Virus record (IMG/VR): IMGVR_UViG_3300032167_004205
DNA length: 64,000 nt
Source: an uncultured virus (IMG/VR IMGVR_UViG_3300032167_004205)
Taxonomy: Duplodnaviria > Heunggongvirae > Uroviricota > Caudoviricetes
Direction: 5' to 3' (one strand)
The notes below the pieces were generated by a model that saw only the letters and a program-made list of their open reading frames with translations, searched no databases and was not told where the DNA came from. Position 1 is the first letter of the stretch, and every line of letters begins with the position of its first letter. A program made the translations under genes and the position numbers. Below, one piece after another: positions 1-9,582 of this stretch.

Positions 1-1
1 C

Positions 2-61
2 GACGGCCAGGGCAAGGCCATTTTGGATGCCCCCGCCGCCATGGGCTGGCCCGCAGAGTAA
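2..61 (+). CDS. 3' end of an upstream gene (partial)
   Basis: Open frame DGQGKAILDAPAAMGWPAE ends in TAA at 59-61, directly before the AAGGAGG RBS of the next gene. Confidence 0.4.
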   Translation, partial: DGQGKAILDAPAAMGWPAE

Positions 62-77
62 AGGAGGCGCGTAACTT

Positions 78-3000
78 ATGAAATTGAAGAAATTGTTCGC
101 GCTGGCTTTGGCTGTGTGCATGATGGCTCTGGCCGTCCCCGCCGCTTTCGCCGCCGGCCTGACGCTGGACTATGGCACCACTCCCACCACCCCCGTGGTG
201 GAGGTGCCGACTCCCGTGGTGTATAATACCCGCACCACCAGCCGTGCCACAACGGCGCTGAGAAGCGATGAATTGGCGGCTATCGAGGCCGTTGATGCCG
301 ATCCCGATAAACTCAGCATTGACAAAGAAGTCGTTGAGGAATTGAAGGTTGAGGGATCAAACGCTCCTTATTATAAAATCGATTTGTCTGCTAAGGCGGA
401 GTCGAATATCGTTGTGCAGACGCAGGCTAAGGCCATCGATGTCATTTTGGTTCTGGATTGTTCCGGAAACATGGCCTTGGATAATCGCATGGGCGATTTG
501 ATCAAAGCAATCAATGGCGATGGTACAGACCAGAACAAAGGCTTTTTGGCAAATGTTAAGGCGACAGCAAAGGATAGTCGTGTTGCTGTGGTGACCTATG
601 CTGACCAAGGTGAATCTGAAGTAATCAGCGGCACAAAAGACATCAGTAACGGTGCATTTGTTAAACTGAGTGAAGAAGCCTCGTATGAGACCCTGCGTAA
701 GGAAATCAGTAGTTTAACTGCAATTTCTGGCGCCGACGCCTATTCGAATGAAGGTTTTGCAAATGCCGCAAAGCTTTTCCAGTCTGTTCCCGGTAACGAC
801 GGAAACTATGACAATCCTCGAATTGTTGTATTCTTTACTGCCGGCATTCCCGGTGTGTATAATGCAGGTTGGGAGTATCATACCGGTAATGGTCGATCTG
901 CAGTATATCCCGCCTATAATATTGCGCAGGAATCTATTCATTGGAGCCGGGTTTTAAAAGAGGGAAAAGGCGACCGTGTAACTTTAGATTTGTCTCAAGA
1001 GTTTTGGACTTGGGAGGGTTGGATATCTTCTTATGATAAAGGTGATTCCCGAACCCCCGAGGAGACATTTCTCGGTCCTCAAGATACGGATTACCGGATT
1101 GGTTGCGGCGCAACAGTATACTGTATTGGCTTGAACTTGCCTAAATGTGAGCAGAATAATCATGATGAGGATGGCTGTTCGGGTACTCGTGTCAATGAGT
1201 ATCTGTATCGTATTTCCAGCCATAGACCGGACGGATCTCATGTTGGCAGCAGAAATAAGTACAATCCTTGGGAAGAAGAAACAAGATACGATTGGGGTTC
1301 TACTTATAAGGATTATTATACTCGAAATATTTCGTCTACCTTTGGTAAGAAATATCCCGAAAAAGCAGCCATTTCTTACTATCAGGAGGGTGATGTTTCA
1401 GAAATCAGCAAAATGTTCGAATTAATCGATGTTAATGTCGAACAGAATCAACCCATCACTAACGTCACCGTCCGTGACTACTTAGCTCCTGGTTTTGTGC
1501 CTTGTGATGATCAGGGTACTCCGCTGCGTGATGGTGACACTTTTGCCGGCGGCACTGTGGTAAAAGATGGTGATGTCTATTACATCAAGTGGGAGTCTGT
1601 TACCCTCGAACCGAATGAGACAGAATTTACCGAATCGATTTATGTAAAACCTGTCGATGATTATTACGGCGGTAATGGTGTCCAGACAAATATTTACGGA
1701 CCTTCCGGCCTTTATTCTGGCGACACTCTGTTTGCCAGTTTCCCGGATTGCCGCACAAATGTCCCGGTCAAAGCAATCGATCCCGCTGTGCAGCATCAAA
1801 CGGTTTATTTGTCCAACACTGCAGACCTGTTAAAGCTGCGGGAAAGCAGCATTGATTCCACGCTGAACGGTAAGAACAATGTTGGAGTTATCGTGACCTA
1901 TGAACTGAAGGACGGCACAAACACCATCGCAACTTATGAAATTGCAAAGGGCGCAACCTCCGGTGTTTGGAAGCGGAATGCAGACGGCGAAGTAATCACT
2001 TCTTGGCCTATTACTCCGACCGAATGCGCCTCCTACACCCTGACCTGTACGGTTAACGGCGGCACCGGCAACGTTTCCGATCCCAAATCTGCTACCGCCA
2101 CCGTCCACGTGCTGAAGCCCACGGTGGAAACTAAGGAAGAAATTATTCACCTGGGTAACAACGTTACTATGACAGGCAACATCGTTGATGGCGGTTGGTC
2201 CTGCGCAGATCCTTGCTCCGACAAAAAGACTACGCCTACAACAACCGATGCCCCTCCTGTTAGTACTGATCTCACTTGGTCTTTTGTAAAAAAGTCTGAT
2301 GAAAGCTCCAGTATTCAGGGCGTAAAGCTGTCTGATTGTACAGAGGTTATTGCTATTGGTACTCTGTTTGATCAGCCGTTTAAGAGTGCCCCTGTTTGGG
2401 TCCATGTTCTGAAGCCTGAAGTGGCTGCCGGAGAGACCACAACCTACATTGGCAACCAGGTGACGCTGCCTGATGGCGCGGTAAATGATTGGAAGGACAC
2501 CAATCATACTACTATTGACAAGAGCAAAGCGCAGGATTCTGCACCTACAAATCTTACTTGGGCCTACTATAATGGCGAGACTCTGCTGGGTGCAAGCGGC
2601 ACCAAGTTTATTGCTTCTGACAAAACTTGTGACACTTTGACTGCCGTGTTGAGCATCAACAACGAATCTTATACCAATGCGTACAACAATGAGTATGTGG
2701 TCCATGTCCTGACTCCCGAACTGAAAGCTCATGAAACCGCCATTTATCTGTCCGATAAGGTTGATCTGAACGAGCGGATGTATGTGGAAAGTTGGAAAAA
2801 CTGTACGCATGGAAAGACAACAAAAGAGGTTCCCAACGGAACAACAGTGCCAGTTCCCAACAACTGTACCTTTAAGGTGGGTAAGGACACAGTCTCTAAT
2901 CCTGGTCAGTATACCAATACAGAATGCGAGTCTGTGAATGCTGAATGGAATCTGGGTAATGAAAAGTATTCCACTACTTTCTTGGTTCACGTTTTGGAGC

Positions 3001-4700
3001 CCCAGTATCGGCTGACCGGCACCACGATCTATTATGGCGAGGATGCAAATCTGAATCCTACCGTAGACGGTTGGCAGTGTGCTGATCATTCTAATATTAC
3101 AACGCCCGCTCCTGTTGCAGATGCCCCCGTCCTGACAACTCTGTATCAGTATTTTGACAGTAAAGGAACTGTCAGCCTTGAAGAAATGACTGACTGCAAG
3201 GAAAAGGTTTACGCATCGGTCGACTTAGGGGGTAAAGAAGTCCTTAGCTTAAACAAGGTCGATGTCCATGTGCTCAAGCCGACCATCTCTGCTGAAGAGC
3301 ATACATTGTATTGGACGCAGTCCAGAGATCTGAATGCATGTATGCCGATCGAGGATCTTTGGAAGTGTGATCACACCGATCATGTGGAAGCTAAGCTGGG
3401 ACCTGTTCCTGCTACTGATTTTGCATTCAAGCTCGGAGAAAGTATTGTAACCGACGAAACCGTTGTGCTGGACGATTGTACCACTTACACCGTCACTGCT
3501 AAGATCAACGGCTTGGACTTCCCGCTGGACAAAAACAACAACAGCGTTACCGTTCATGTGGTCAAGCCTGTGATCTCTTGCGATAATGTTTCCATCTATT
3601 TGGGCAATACGGTTAACCTCAACGATCAGATGACCGAGGCCGATTTCTGGAAGTGCAAGACTCCTGCTTGCCAGAGAAAGAAAGAATTGCCCGCTTACGA
3701 GACCGTTGGAGATGTAAAAACACGCATCAGTGGTATTCCCGCACTGGATCATGAGTTCAGTACCGGCGCCGAGGAGGCTGCCTATAAGCCCGAAACCTGC
3801 ACACCTGTGAGGGGTACTTCTGCTATCACCACCGGCAATGTCAACAGGAATGTGACTCCCGAACAGAATACCTTCACCGTCCATGTGTATGTGCCTCAGT
3901 TCACCGTGACCGCGCAGGATCTGTGGGCTGACTACGGCAGCAAGGTGCCTCTGTATGATACAAAAGCCTCTATCGATGCTATTGTCAGCATCGATTACAG
4001 AAACTGGGTCGACCGCAAGGGCGATGATAACACGCCTCCCACAGCTGGAGCACAGGAAATTAAGGACATTGATGTTCAGTTCAGCATTGATAATCCCATT
4101 GAATCGATGGGCGAATCCGATATGGATGTGAACGTTAACTCCCTGACTTGCGAGGTCAACGGCGTTGATTATACCGCAGTTGAAAAGCAGAGCGAAAAAA
4201 TTGGTGATGAGCAGCTGGTTGTCGTACCCTTTGACGCTGCCGGCCACGATTTCACCGTCCACGTCAACAAGTTCAAGGCCGTTATCACCAACAACGGTAC
4301 GCAGAATGCTATCTACACGCTGAGTGGTGGAACGCTCAAGAGCAACATTCAGATTGCTGTTCCTGCAGGTGGTAATGTGACCGTTTCCGGCCTGCTGTGC
4401 GGTAAAGATGCTGATGGCAATCTTTTAACCTATACCGTCACTGAAGAGGAAGACGAGAATAACGACTGGACCTGGCGGTATAATACCCCCGCAAAGCAGC
4501 AGACCATTTCCAAGGTTATCGACGGAGTGAATATCGGAGATAGCAAGAGCGAAGTCAATGCGCCGATGAATTATGAACTCGCGTCCAATACCAAGTGGCT
4601 GGCCGGCGAGGATTATGCCATCAATAAGATTGATCCTTCGACCCAACAGGCTGTTGTGATTCCTGAAGACAGAAGAAAAAAGGAGGGTGCTAACACATGA
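78..4700 (+). CDS. Large secreted vWA-domain adhesin-like protein with ~100-aa repeats
   Basis: Signal peptide; vWA-like DVILVLDCSGNM...IVVFFTAGIP; about 7-8 repeats ending VHVLKP-like; AAGGAGG RBS. Confidence 0.8.
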   Translation: MKLKKLFALALAVCMMALAVPAAFAAGLTLDYGTTPTTPVVEVPTPVVYNTRTTSRATTALRSDELAAIEAVDADPDKLSIDKEVVEELKVEGSNAPYYKIDLSAKAESNIVVQTQAKAIDVILVLDCSGNMALDNRMGDLIKAINGDGTDQNKGFLANVKATAKDSRVAVVTYADQGESEVISGTKDISNGAFVKLSEEASYETLRKEISSLTAISGADAYSNEGFANAAKLFQSVPGNDGNYDNPRIVVFFTAGIPGVYNAGWEYHTGNGRSAVYPAYNIAQESIHWSRVLKEGKGDRVTLDLSQEFWTWEGWISSYDKGDSRTPEETFLGPQDTDYRIGCGATVYCIGLNLPKCEQNNHDEDGCSGTRVNEYLYRISSHRPDGSHVGSRNKYNPWEEETRYDWGSTYKDYYTRNISSTFGKKYPEKAAISYYQEGDVSEISKMFELIDVNVEQNQPITNVTVRDYLAPGFVPCDDQGTPLRDGDTFAGGTVVKDGDVYYIKWESVTLEPNETEFTESIYVKPVDDYYGGNGVQTNIYGPSGLYSGDTLFASFPDCRTNVPVKAIDPAVQHQTVYLSNTADLLKLRESSIDSTLNGKNNVGVIVTYELKDGTNTIATYEIAKGATSGVWKRNADGEVITSWPITPTECASYTLTCTVNGGTGNVSDPKSATATVHVLKPTVETKEEIIHLGNNVTMTGNIVDGGWSCADPCSDKKTTPTTTDAPPVSTDLTWSFVKKSDESSSIQGVKLSDCTEVIAIGTLFDQPFKSAPVWVHVLKPEVAAGETTTYIGNQVTLPDGAVNDWKDTNHTTIDKSKAQDSAPTNLTWAYYNGETLLGASGTKFIASDKTCDTLTAVLSINNESYTNAYNNEYVVHVLTPELKAHETAIYLSDKVDLNERMYVESWKNCTHGKTTKEVPNGTTVPVPNNCTFKVGKDTVSNPGQYTNTECESVNAEWNLGNEKYSTTFLVHVLEPQYRLTGTTIYYGEDANLNPTVDGWQCADHSNITTPAPVADAPVLTTLYQYFDSKGTVSLEEMTDCKEKVYASVDLGGKEVLSLNKVDVHVLKPTISAEEHTLYWTQSRDLNACMPIEDLWKCDHTDHVEAKLGPVPATDFAFKLGESIVTDETVVLDDCTTYTVTAKINGLDFPLDKNNNSVTVHVVKPVISCDNVSIYLGNTVNLNDQMTEADFWKCKTPACQRKKELPAYETVGDVKTRISGIPALDHEFSTGAEEAAYKPETCTPVRGTSAITTGNVNRNVTPEQNTFTVHVYVPQFTVTAQDLWADYGSKVPLYDTKASIDAIVSIDYRNWVDRKGDDNTPPTAGAQEIKDIDVQFSIDNPIESMGESDMDVNVNSLTCEVNGVDYTAVEKQSEKIGDEQLVVVPFDAAGHDFTVHVNKFKAVITNNGTQNAIYTLSGGTLKSNIQIAVPAGGNVTVSGLLCGKDADGNLLTYTVTEEEDENNDWTWRYNTPAKQQTISKVIDGVNIGDSKSEVNAPMNYELASNTKWLAGEDYAINKIDPSTQQAVVIPEDRRKKEGANT

Positions 4701-5278
4701 GAGTGAAATCGAATGGTAAAAAGCCGCTGCTGATCGGCGCAGCTCTGGCGTTAGTCGTGGCCCTCTCCATCGGCCTGACCTCCGCCTTTCTGACTTCTCA
4801 AGAAGGCCTGACCAACACCTTTACCCCCGGTAAAGTAAGCTGCAAAGTGGTAGAGGAATTTGTTGGCAACGCGAAATCCTCGATCAAGGTGCAGAACATT
4901 GCCGAGAATGATACGGAGAACACGAAACTCGTTCCCGCATACATCCGTGTGGCCGTGGTGGCCAATACCGTGGACGAGAAGGGCAACATCACCGGGTCTA
5001 CCAATGTCAGTGGAAAGCTGGGTGGCACGGATTGGACGCAGGGTGCCGACGGATACTATTATTACACCAAGATCGTGGAGCCGCAGCAGTTCACTTCTGA
5101 ATTGGTCAAGACGGATATCCCCCTTTCCGGTATTCAGGTAACCGTTCTGGCTCAGGCCATCCAGGCGCATGGTGTTACAGGCGAAACTGCTGCGGTGAAA
5201 GATGCCTGGGGCTCGGGCGTGAGCGATGTTGCAGCCGATGGCTCTTTGGTCATCAAAACTGCAGTTGCCGGCAACTAA
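4697..5278 (+). CDS. SipW-dependent-type signal peptide protein (TasA/camelysin-like fibre subunit)
   Basis: Hydrophobic leader followed by IGLTSAFLTS...NTFTPGKV; later PAYIRV and DGYYYY motifs typical of this class. Confidence 0.7.
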   Translation: MRVKSNGKKPLLIGAALALVVALSIGLTSAFLTSQEGLTNTFTPGKVSCKVVEEFVGNAKSSIKVQNIAENDTENTKLVPAYIRVAVVANTVDEKGNITGSTNVSGKLGGTDWTQGADGYYYYTKIVEPQQFTSELVKTDIPLSGIQVTVLAQAIQAHGVTGETAAVKDAWGSGVSDVAADGSLVIKTAVAGN

Positions 5279-5292
5279 GGAGGTGAACGGTC

Positions 5293-6651
5293 ATGAAACA
5301 TTTTAAACTTCGCAATCTGGTGGCCGTTTGCCTGGCCGTTGCTCTGTTGGGTGGCGTCCTCACTGTCTTTTCCCTGGCAGGAGCTGATCTGCCTACTGTC
5401 ACCTACGATCACAAACTGAAAGAGTTTGTTTTCAATCGCACGCCGTATGTTACGGGCAATGACCAGCGTCAGTATCCGGATCTTTTTGATGGTTTCAAGG
5501 ACATGATGCCCGGTGACGCGGTCACGCAAAAGATCACCGTCAAGGCAGAAAACCTCAGCGGCGGTACTGCGTATATTTACCTTCGCACCGATCCGGATAA
5601 CAAAGGTGACATCACCGAAGCCGAGAAAGAAGATTATCAGAAGCTGCTTAACAGTCAGCTGGTGACTTTGGAAGTTAAGCAGAATGATACTGTTCTTTCC
5701 AACGGCACATTGAGTGACGAAGGCGTTCTGCTGGGCAAGTTCAAAAGCGGTGACGTGACAGAACTGGATGTGACATTGAAGATCGATATTACAGCTGGTA
5801 ACGAACTGCAGGGTCTTCAGGCTGGTATCGGCTGGGTCTTTACCGCCGAATATTACGAACAGCCTGATCGTCCGTCGTCCAAACCCGCTCTGAGCTCGGT
5901 GGATCATTTCGCCTACATCGTAGGTTATCCCGATGGCCTGGTCCATCCTGAGCGTCTGATCACCCGTGCCGAAGCTGCGACGATCTTCTTCCGTATGCTG
6001 ACCGATGAACTCCGTGAGGATTTCTGGTCTCAGGTCAATCCGTATTATGACGTTCTGCCGCAGGATTGGTTCAACAATGCTATTTCCACGCTGACTTATG
6101 CCGGCGTTCTGAATGGTTATCCCGATGGAAACTTCCTGCCCAACTCCGATATTACCCGTGCTGAGTTTGCCGCCATGGCGGTGCGCTTCTTCGAGGGTGA
6201 CGATGAAGAGATTGAGGGCGATGCCTTCCCGGATATCCGCAATCACTGGGCCAATGCTGAGATCAACCTGGCATATGCCAAGGGTTTGATCGAGGGTTAT
6301 CCCGACGGTACCTTCAAGCCTGATCAGGCTATCACTCGTGCCGAAGCGGTCACCATCGTCAACCGCGTCCTGGAGCGTGCTCCTCACAAGGATCATCTGC
6401 TGGACGACATGATCGAATGGCCGGATAACATGGATGAGGATATGTGGTACTATGAAGCGATTCAGGAAGCTACCAACTCTCACGTCTTTAACCGTCACTA
6501 TGACAAGGAAAAGCAGCCTTATGAGGTCTGGACCGAGCTGCTGCCTGTCCGTGACTGGGTCGCTCTGGAGCGTGAATGGTCCGAGTACAATTCCTCTCGC
6601 AATCCCGGTGAGGTCGTTTCCTCCAAGGATGCAGCCATATTCAAAAATTGA
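5293..6651 (+). CDS. SLH-domain surface protein
   Basis: Signal peptide; three SLH repeats (GYPDG..P...ITRAE). Confidence 0.9.
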   Translation: MKHFKLRNLVAVCLAVALLGGVLTVFSLAGADLPTVTYDHKLKEFVFNRTPYVTGNDQRQYPDLFDGFKDMMPGDAVTQKITVKAENLSGGTAYIYLRTDPDNKGDITEAEKEDYQKLLNSQLVTLEVKQNDTVLSNGTLSDEGVLLGKFKSGDVTELDVTLKIDITAGNELQGLQAGIGWVFTAEYYEQPDRPSSKPALSSVDHFAYIVGYPDGLVHPERLITRAEAATIFFRMLTDELREDFWSQVNPYYDVLPQDWFNNAISTLTYAGVLNGYPDGNFLPNSDITRAEFAAMAVRFFEGDDEEIEGDAFPDIRNHWANAEINLAYAKGLIEGYPDGTFKPDQAITRAEAVTIVNRVLERAPHKDHLLDDMIEWPDNMDEDMWYYEAIQEATNSHVFNRHYDKEKQPYEVWTELLPVRDWVALEREWSEYNSSRNPGEVVSSKDAAIFKN

Positions 6652-6662
6652 TCTCATTATAG

Positions 6663-6697
6663 AAAAGGCTCCCCCTTCCGTTGAAGGGGGAGCTTTT
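6663..6697 (+). terminator. Intrinsic terminator
   Basis: GCTCCCCCTTC-CGTT-GAAGGGGGAGC followed by TTTT. Confidence 0.85.
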
Positions 6698-6949
6698 GTT
6701 AAAGGGTATAGTTTTTGTGGTTTGAGGTCTGCTTTATTATGCTAACGCAAAGGGTTGTTGACATTGTGCCGAAAACCAGGATCTCCACGGATACGGACTG
6801 TCGCTGCCGGAGCCGGCCGTCATATGACATTTAAGCTCGGCACAAACAACGGACTATCAAATGGAAAGAACGGGATAGTGCAATAATATAAACATATAAA
6901 AAAAGGATATGAGAAATGATAACTCATATCCTTTTATACAATTAGTAAC

Positions 6950-7444
6950 TTAAGTAACAGGAAAATTCTGATAATTAGCTTCCAATTTTCCAAAATCACA
7001 ACATGTCTTATTCAAAAAGGGATTATGTTTTGTTGTCCGAGCCGTATGAACCTGCATAGCTTTTTTGATAATCTTATCCTTATTCTTTCTTATGAAACGA
7101 ATTTCATTAGACTCATATGTATCTATTTCAGCATCTATCGCTAATGCACTATACACACCAGCTTTTACAGGAAACATGTTGTTATGCAATATATTGGCTA
7201 TCTCATTGCCTGCACTGTCTTTAACAAAAGTTGTAATGTTAGAAGCTCTTTTCTTTTTTCCTACTTTTTTTCTTTCCTGGGTAGTCTGTGAAGTGAGTGG
7301 CAAAACATATGTAGTACCATTTAACATGGTAACTATTCCAACAAATGGCCTGTTATTATATTTTACACTGATTCGACTATCAATACTGTGCATATATTTC
7401 AAATATGCAGGGTCGACTTTACACAAGCACAAATTCTGTTCCAT
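6950..7444 (-). CDS. toxN: Type III toxin-antitoxin toxin, ToxN/AbiQ family
   Basis: YLKY..SID, RPFVGIV, YVLPLTS, NNMFPV and CCDF.KLE motifs. The likely start is ATG 7444 (MEQNL), after the repeat array and terminator. Confidence 0.88.
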   Translation of the reverse strand: MEQNLCLCKVDPAYLKYMHSIDSRISVKYNNRPFVGIVTMLNGTTYVLPLTSQTTQERKKVGKKKRASNITTFVKDSAGNEIANILHNNMFPVKAGVYSALAIDAEIDTYESNEIRFIRKNKDKIIKKAMQVHTARTTKHNPFLNKTCCDFGKLEANYQNFPVT

Positions 7445-7465
7445 TTTCTCTCCAAACAATATAAA

Positions 7466-7495
7466 TGGGTTGCTTACCCTAAAGTAAACAACCCA
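7466..7495 (-). terminator. Terminator between toxI array and toxN
   Basis: Minus strand TGGGTTGTTTACT-TTAG-GGTAAGCAACCCA followed by TTTATATT. Confidence 0.8.
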
Positions 7496-7563
7496 AATTT
7501 TGAATCGTCCACTAAAGCAGGACCTCTCTAATTTTGAATCGTCCACTAAAGCAGGACCTCTCT
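7496..7563 (-). ncRNA. toxI: Type III antitoxin RNA: two exact 34-nt repeats
   Basis: AGAGAGGTCCTGCTTTAGTGGACGATTCAAAATT x2, with a GTCC/GGAC stem and an A-rich presumptive cleavage site; TTGAAT-16-TATAAT promoter upstream. Confidence 0.85.
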
Positions 7564-7760
7564 TTACTATATTATACTCTATTTTCCTCAAAATTCAATA
7601 TTGATTTATTTGAGTAAATGTGGTATATTAAAAAATTTAAATTCCAATCGAGTGTTGAGGAGGCATGCCCGTGCAGGAAGTAAAAGAAAACAGAATTATG
7701 AGGGTTTGTACAGACGGAAATAGAGTATATTTTCCTAACGACAGTAGAGATTTTCTTCTG

Positions 7761-7961
7761 CTATAATATTCGTCTGCCTAACGTCAACAAGAACTCTTCC
7801 GGCGTGGGTTTTCCGTTCGGGAAAAGAAGTGTCTGATACACGATTGCGACCGGATCATCGGTTTCCCAAGCTTCATCAATAGACGCCTGGATTTCCCGTC
7901 GAACTTCTTCCGGAGTCGTTTTGTACTTCTTTGCGATGCTCTTAAACAGTTTATTGTTCAT
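7761..7961 (-). CDS. Stand-alone Spo0A C-terminal (effector)-like small protein
   Basis: LFKSIAKKYKTT...V.REI...I.EAW...KPT..EF parallels the Spo0A DNA-binding domain; no receiver domain. Confidence 0.7.
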   Translation of the reverse strand: MNNKLFKSIAKKYKTTPEEVRREIQASIDEAWETDDPVAIVYQTLLFPNGKPTPEEFLLTLGRRIL

Positions 7962-8109
7962 GGTGTATAACCTCCTTTTTGGGGAGATTATACACCCAGG
8001 GCCATGTCGAAAACGGTCAAAACAGGGGTGGATTCCAAAACTATCTTGACGATTCCAAAGAAATCAGAATAATTATAGGTAACAATTCCATAAAGGAGGA
8101 CCGAACAAA

Positions 8110-8580
8110 ATGAAACCCTTGTCCGAGTTTCTTACCGATCGTGAGATTTATATATTGGAAAACCACCCTCAAAAGACGTATCACGCAATAGGGGAAGAAT
8201 TAGGAATCACAAATACGCGTGTTCGACAAATAAAAGTTGGTGCTGAACGAAAAATACGCGAAGAAAAACGCCGTGAACAAGTGGAAGAAGCCGGTCAAAT
8301 CCCCGTTTCGTTAACCCTTCTCAGAAAAGAATTGTGGGTCCTCTATCGAGCGCTCAAAGAGTATCACTATCAAATGGAACACAAATATCGGTATGGCTTA
8401 GGAGCCTATTGTGACGAATTAGAACCCGACTGCAGGACAACCCAGACGCTGCTTCTTGAGTTGCACAAAATACTTAATCAAGATCCTACAAAATCACTAA
8501 CCATTATCAGCCAAAATGATGACCACATACTGATTGAACAACATAACAGTGAGAGGCCTACCGGCAATGAGCCCCTATAG
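8110..8580 (+). CDS. Sigma-70 region-4-like HTH protein
   Basis: LTDRE..IL......TY..IGEELGIT..RVRQI...A.RKIR; AAGGAGG RBS. Confidence 0.75.
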   Translation: MKPLSEFLTDREIYILENHPQKTYHAIGEELGITNTRVRQIKVGAERKIREEKRREQVEEAGQIPVSLTLLRKELWVLYRALKEYHYQMEHKYRYGLGAYCDELEPDCRTTQTLLLELHKILNQDPTKSLTIISQNDDHILIEQHNSERPTGNEPL

Positions 8581-8610
8581 TGCTTACTCAACCACCGGAT
8601 TAGCCGGTGG

Positions 8611-9174
8611 TTACGACTCGGCTTTTTCCGCGGCAAGCTCAGCTTCGAGCTCAGCAATGCGCTCCAAAAGCATCTTTTCTCGCTCGGCCAAAAACCGCGT
8701 CCGTTTTTCTGATGCGATTTTGAGGGCGGTATCAGAATCATCAGCAAAAACAGAAACATAAAAATCATCGGCAGGATTGTTGAGGCCTTCGGTGAAATAT
8801 GCTGTTTGATAATAATGAAACTCATTGGTTCCGTTTTTGACCTCCTTTAAGGAGCCGTCCTTACCGAACCGAACAAACCAAAGAGGTTTCTGTACGACCT
8901 CAGCATTAGGGAAATTGGAAGCAACTTTCTTCAAAAACGCTCGATATTGCCGTTCGTGTTTCCTCACTTCCTCGGAGATAAAACCGTTTCCAGCTACCAG
9001 AATCTCGTCGTCCAGTTTGGCATCGACGAAAGCAACATCGCAACATACCTCGCCAGCTGCTTGATTCACCTGGTCCATCGCGTAGGCGATAGCATCGGTG
9101 GTGTGCTCTTGCATGTCACCATCGAGCCAAGGGGCATCATCAAATTCAAAGGTGATAGTCAATTCTCTTTTCAT
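8611..9174 (-). CDS. Hypothetical protein
   Basis: Likely start ATG 9174 (MKRELT); packed in the minus-strand operon. Confidence 0.65.
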   Translation of the reverse strand: MKRELTITFEFDDAPWLDGDMQEHTTDAIAYAMDQVNQAAGEVCCDVAFVDAKLDDEILVAGNGFISEEVRKHERQYRAFLKKVASNFPNAEVVQKPLWFVRFGKDGSLKEVKNGTNEFHYYQTAYFTEGLNNPADDFYVSVFADDSDTALKIASEKRTRFLAEREKMLLERIAELEAELAAEKAES

Positions 9175-9202
9175 GGAGGTTCCTTTCTGTACACATTGCA
9201 GC

Positions 9203-9568
9203 TCAGATCCACTCAAAACGAATACGAATAGCCTCATAGAAGTAGGGGGCATACTCAGCGTTACAGAAGATTTCGTCCACGGCATAATACCCGGAGGTTT
9301 CTTCCGGATTTTCAGCCGCGACGTCTTTATGGCAGCCATTCCAGAGGTTGAACATCAACCGAGTAGCGCGCCGGCTCGAAGAGGTCTGCCAGCCGGCGAA
9401 GATGCCTTCGTGACGGATCCCGTCCTCCTCAAAGTCGAACACATCAGAGGGAACCAGATCGGCCAGCGCCATGAGATACGCTGCAGATTTGTGGTAAGGG
9501 TCGGTATTCTGCATCTTAGACAGCAATGCGTAATACTGTTGTTCATGTCGTTCGTTCTGGAATTTCAT
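9203..9568 (-). CDS. DUF6075-like protein
   Basis: MKF.N..H...Y, D.YH....Y, WQTSSS.R..RL.FNLWNG and Y.PYF.EAIRIRF motifs. Confidence 0.75.
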   Translation of the reverse strand: MKFQNERHEQQYYALLSKMQNTDPYHKSAAYLMALADLVPSDVFDFEEDGIRHEGIFAGWQTSSSRRATRLMFNLWNGCHKDVAAENPEETSGYYAVDEIFCNAEYAPYFYEAIRIRFEWI

Positions 9569-9582
9569 GTTTTTTCTCCTTT

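Noticed and set aside
7..19. 13-nt match CCAGGGCAAGGCC to ~31345 as an att site
   Set aside because: Short and GC-rich, inside a coding end, with no other boundary evidence.
7496..7563. Mini CRISPR array
   Set aside because: The repeats are contiguous with no spacer; the context fits toxI.
7445..7591. N-terminal extensions given by the ORF track (also 15442-15579, 21340-21393, 27825-28028, 34182-34343)
   Set aside because: They run through RNA elements or terminators, and better RBS/start pairs lie downstream.
7671..7766. Short ORF behind a promoter divergent from toxI
   Set aside because: About 31 codons with no recognisable motif; probably a remnant.
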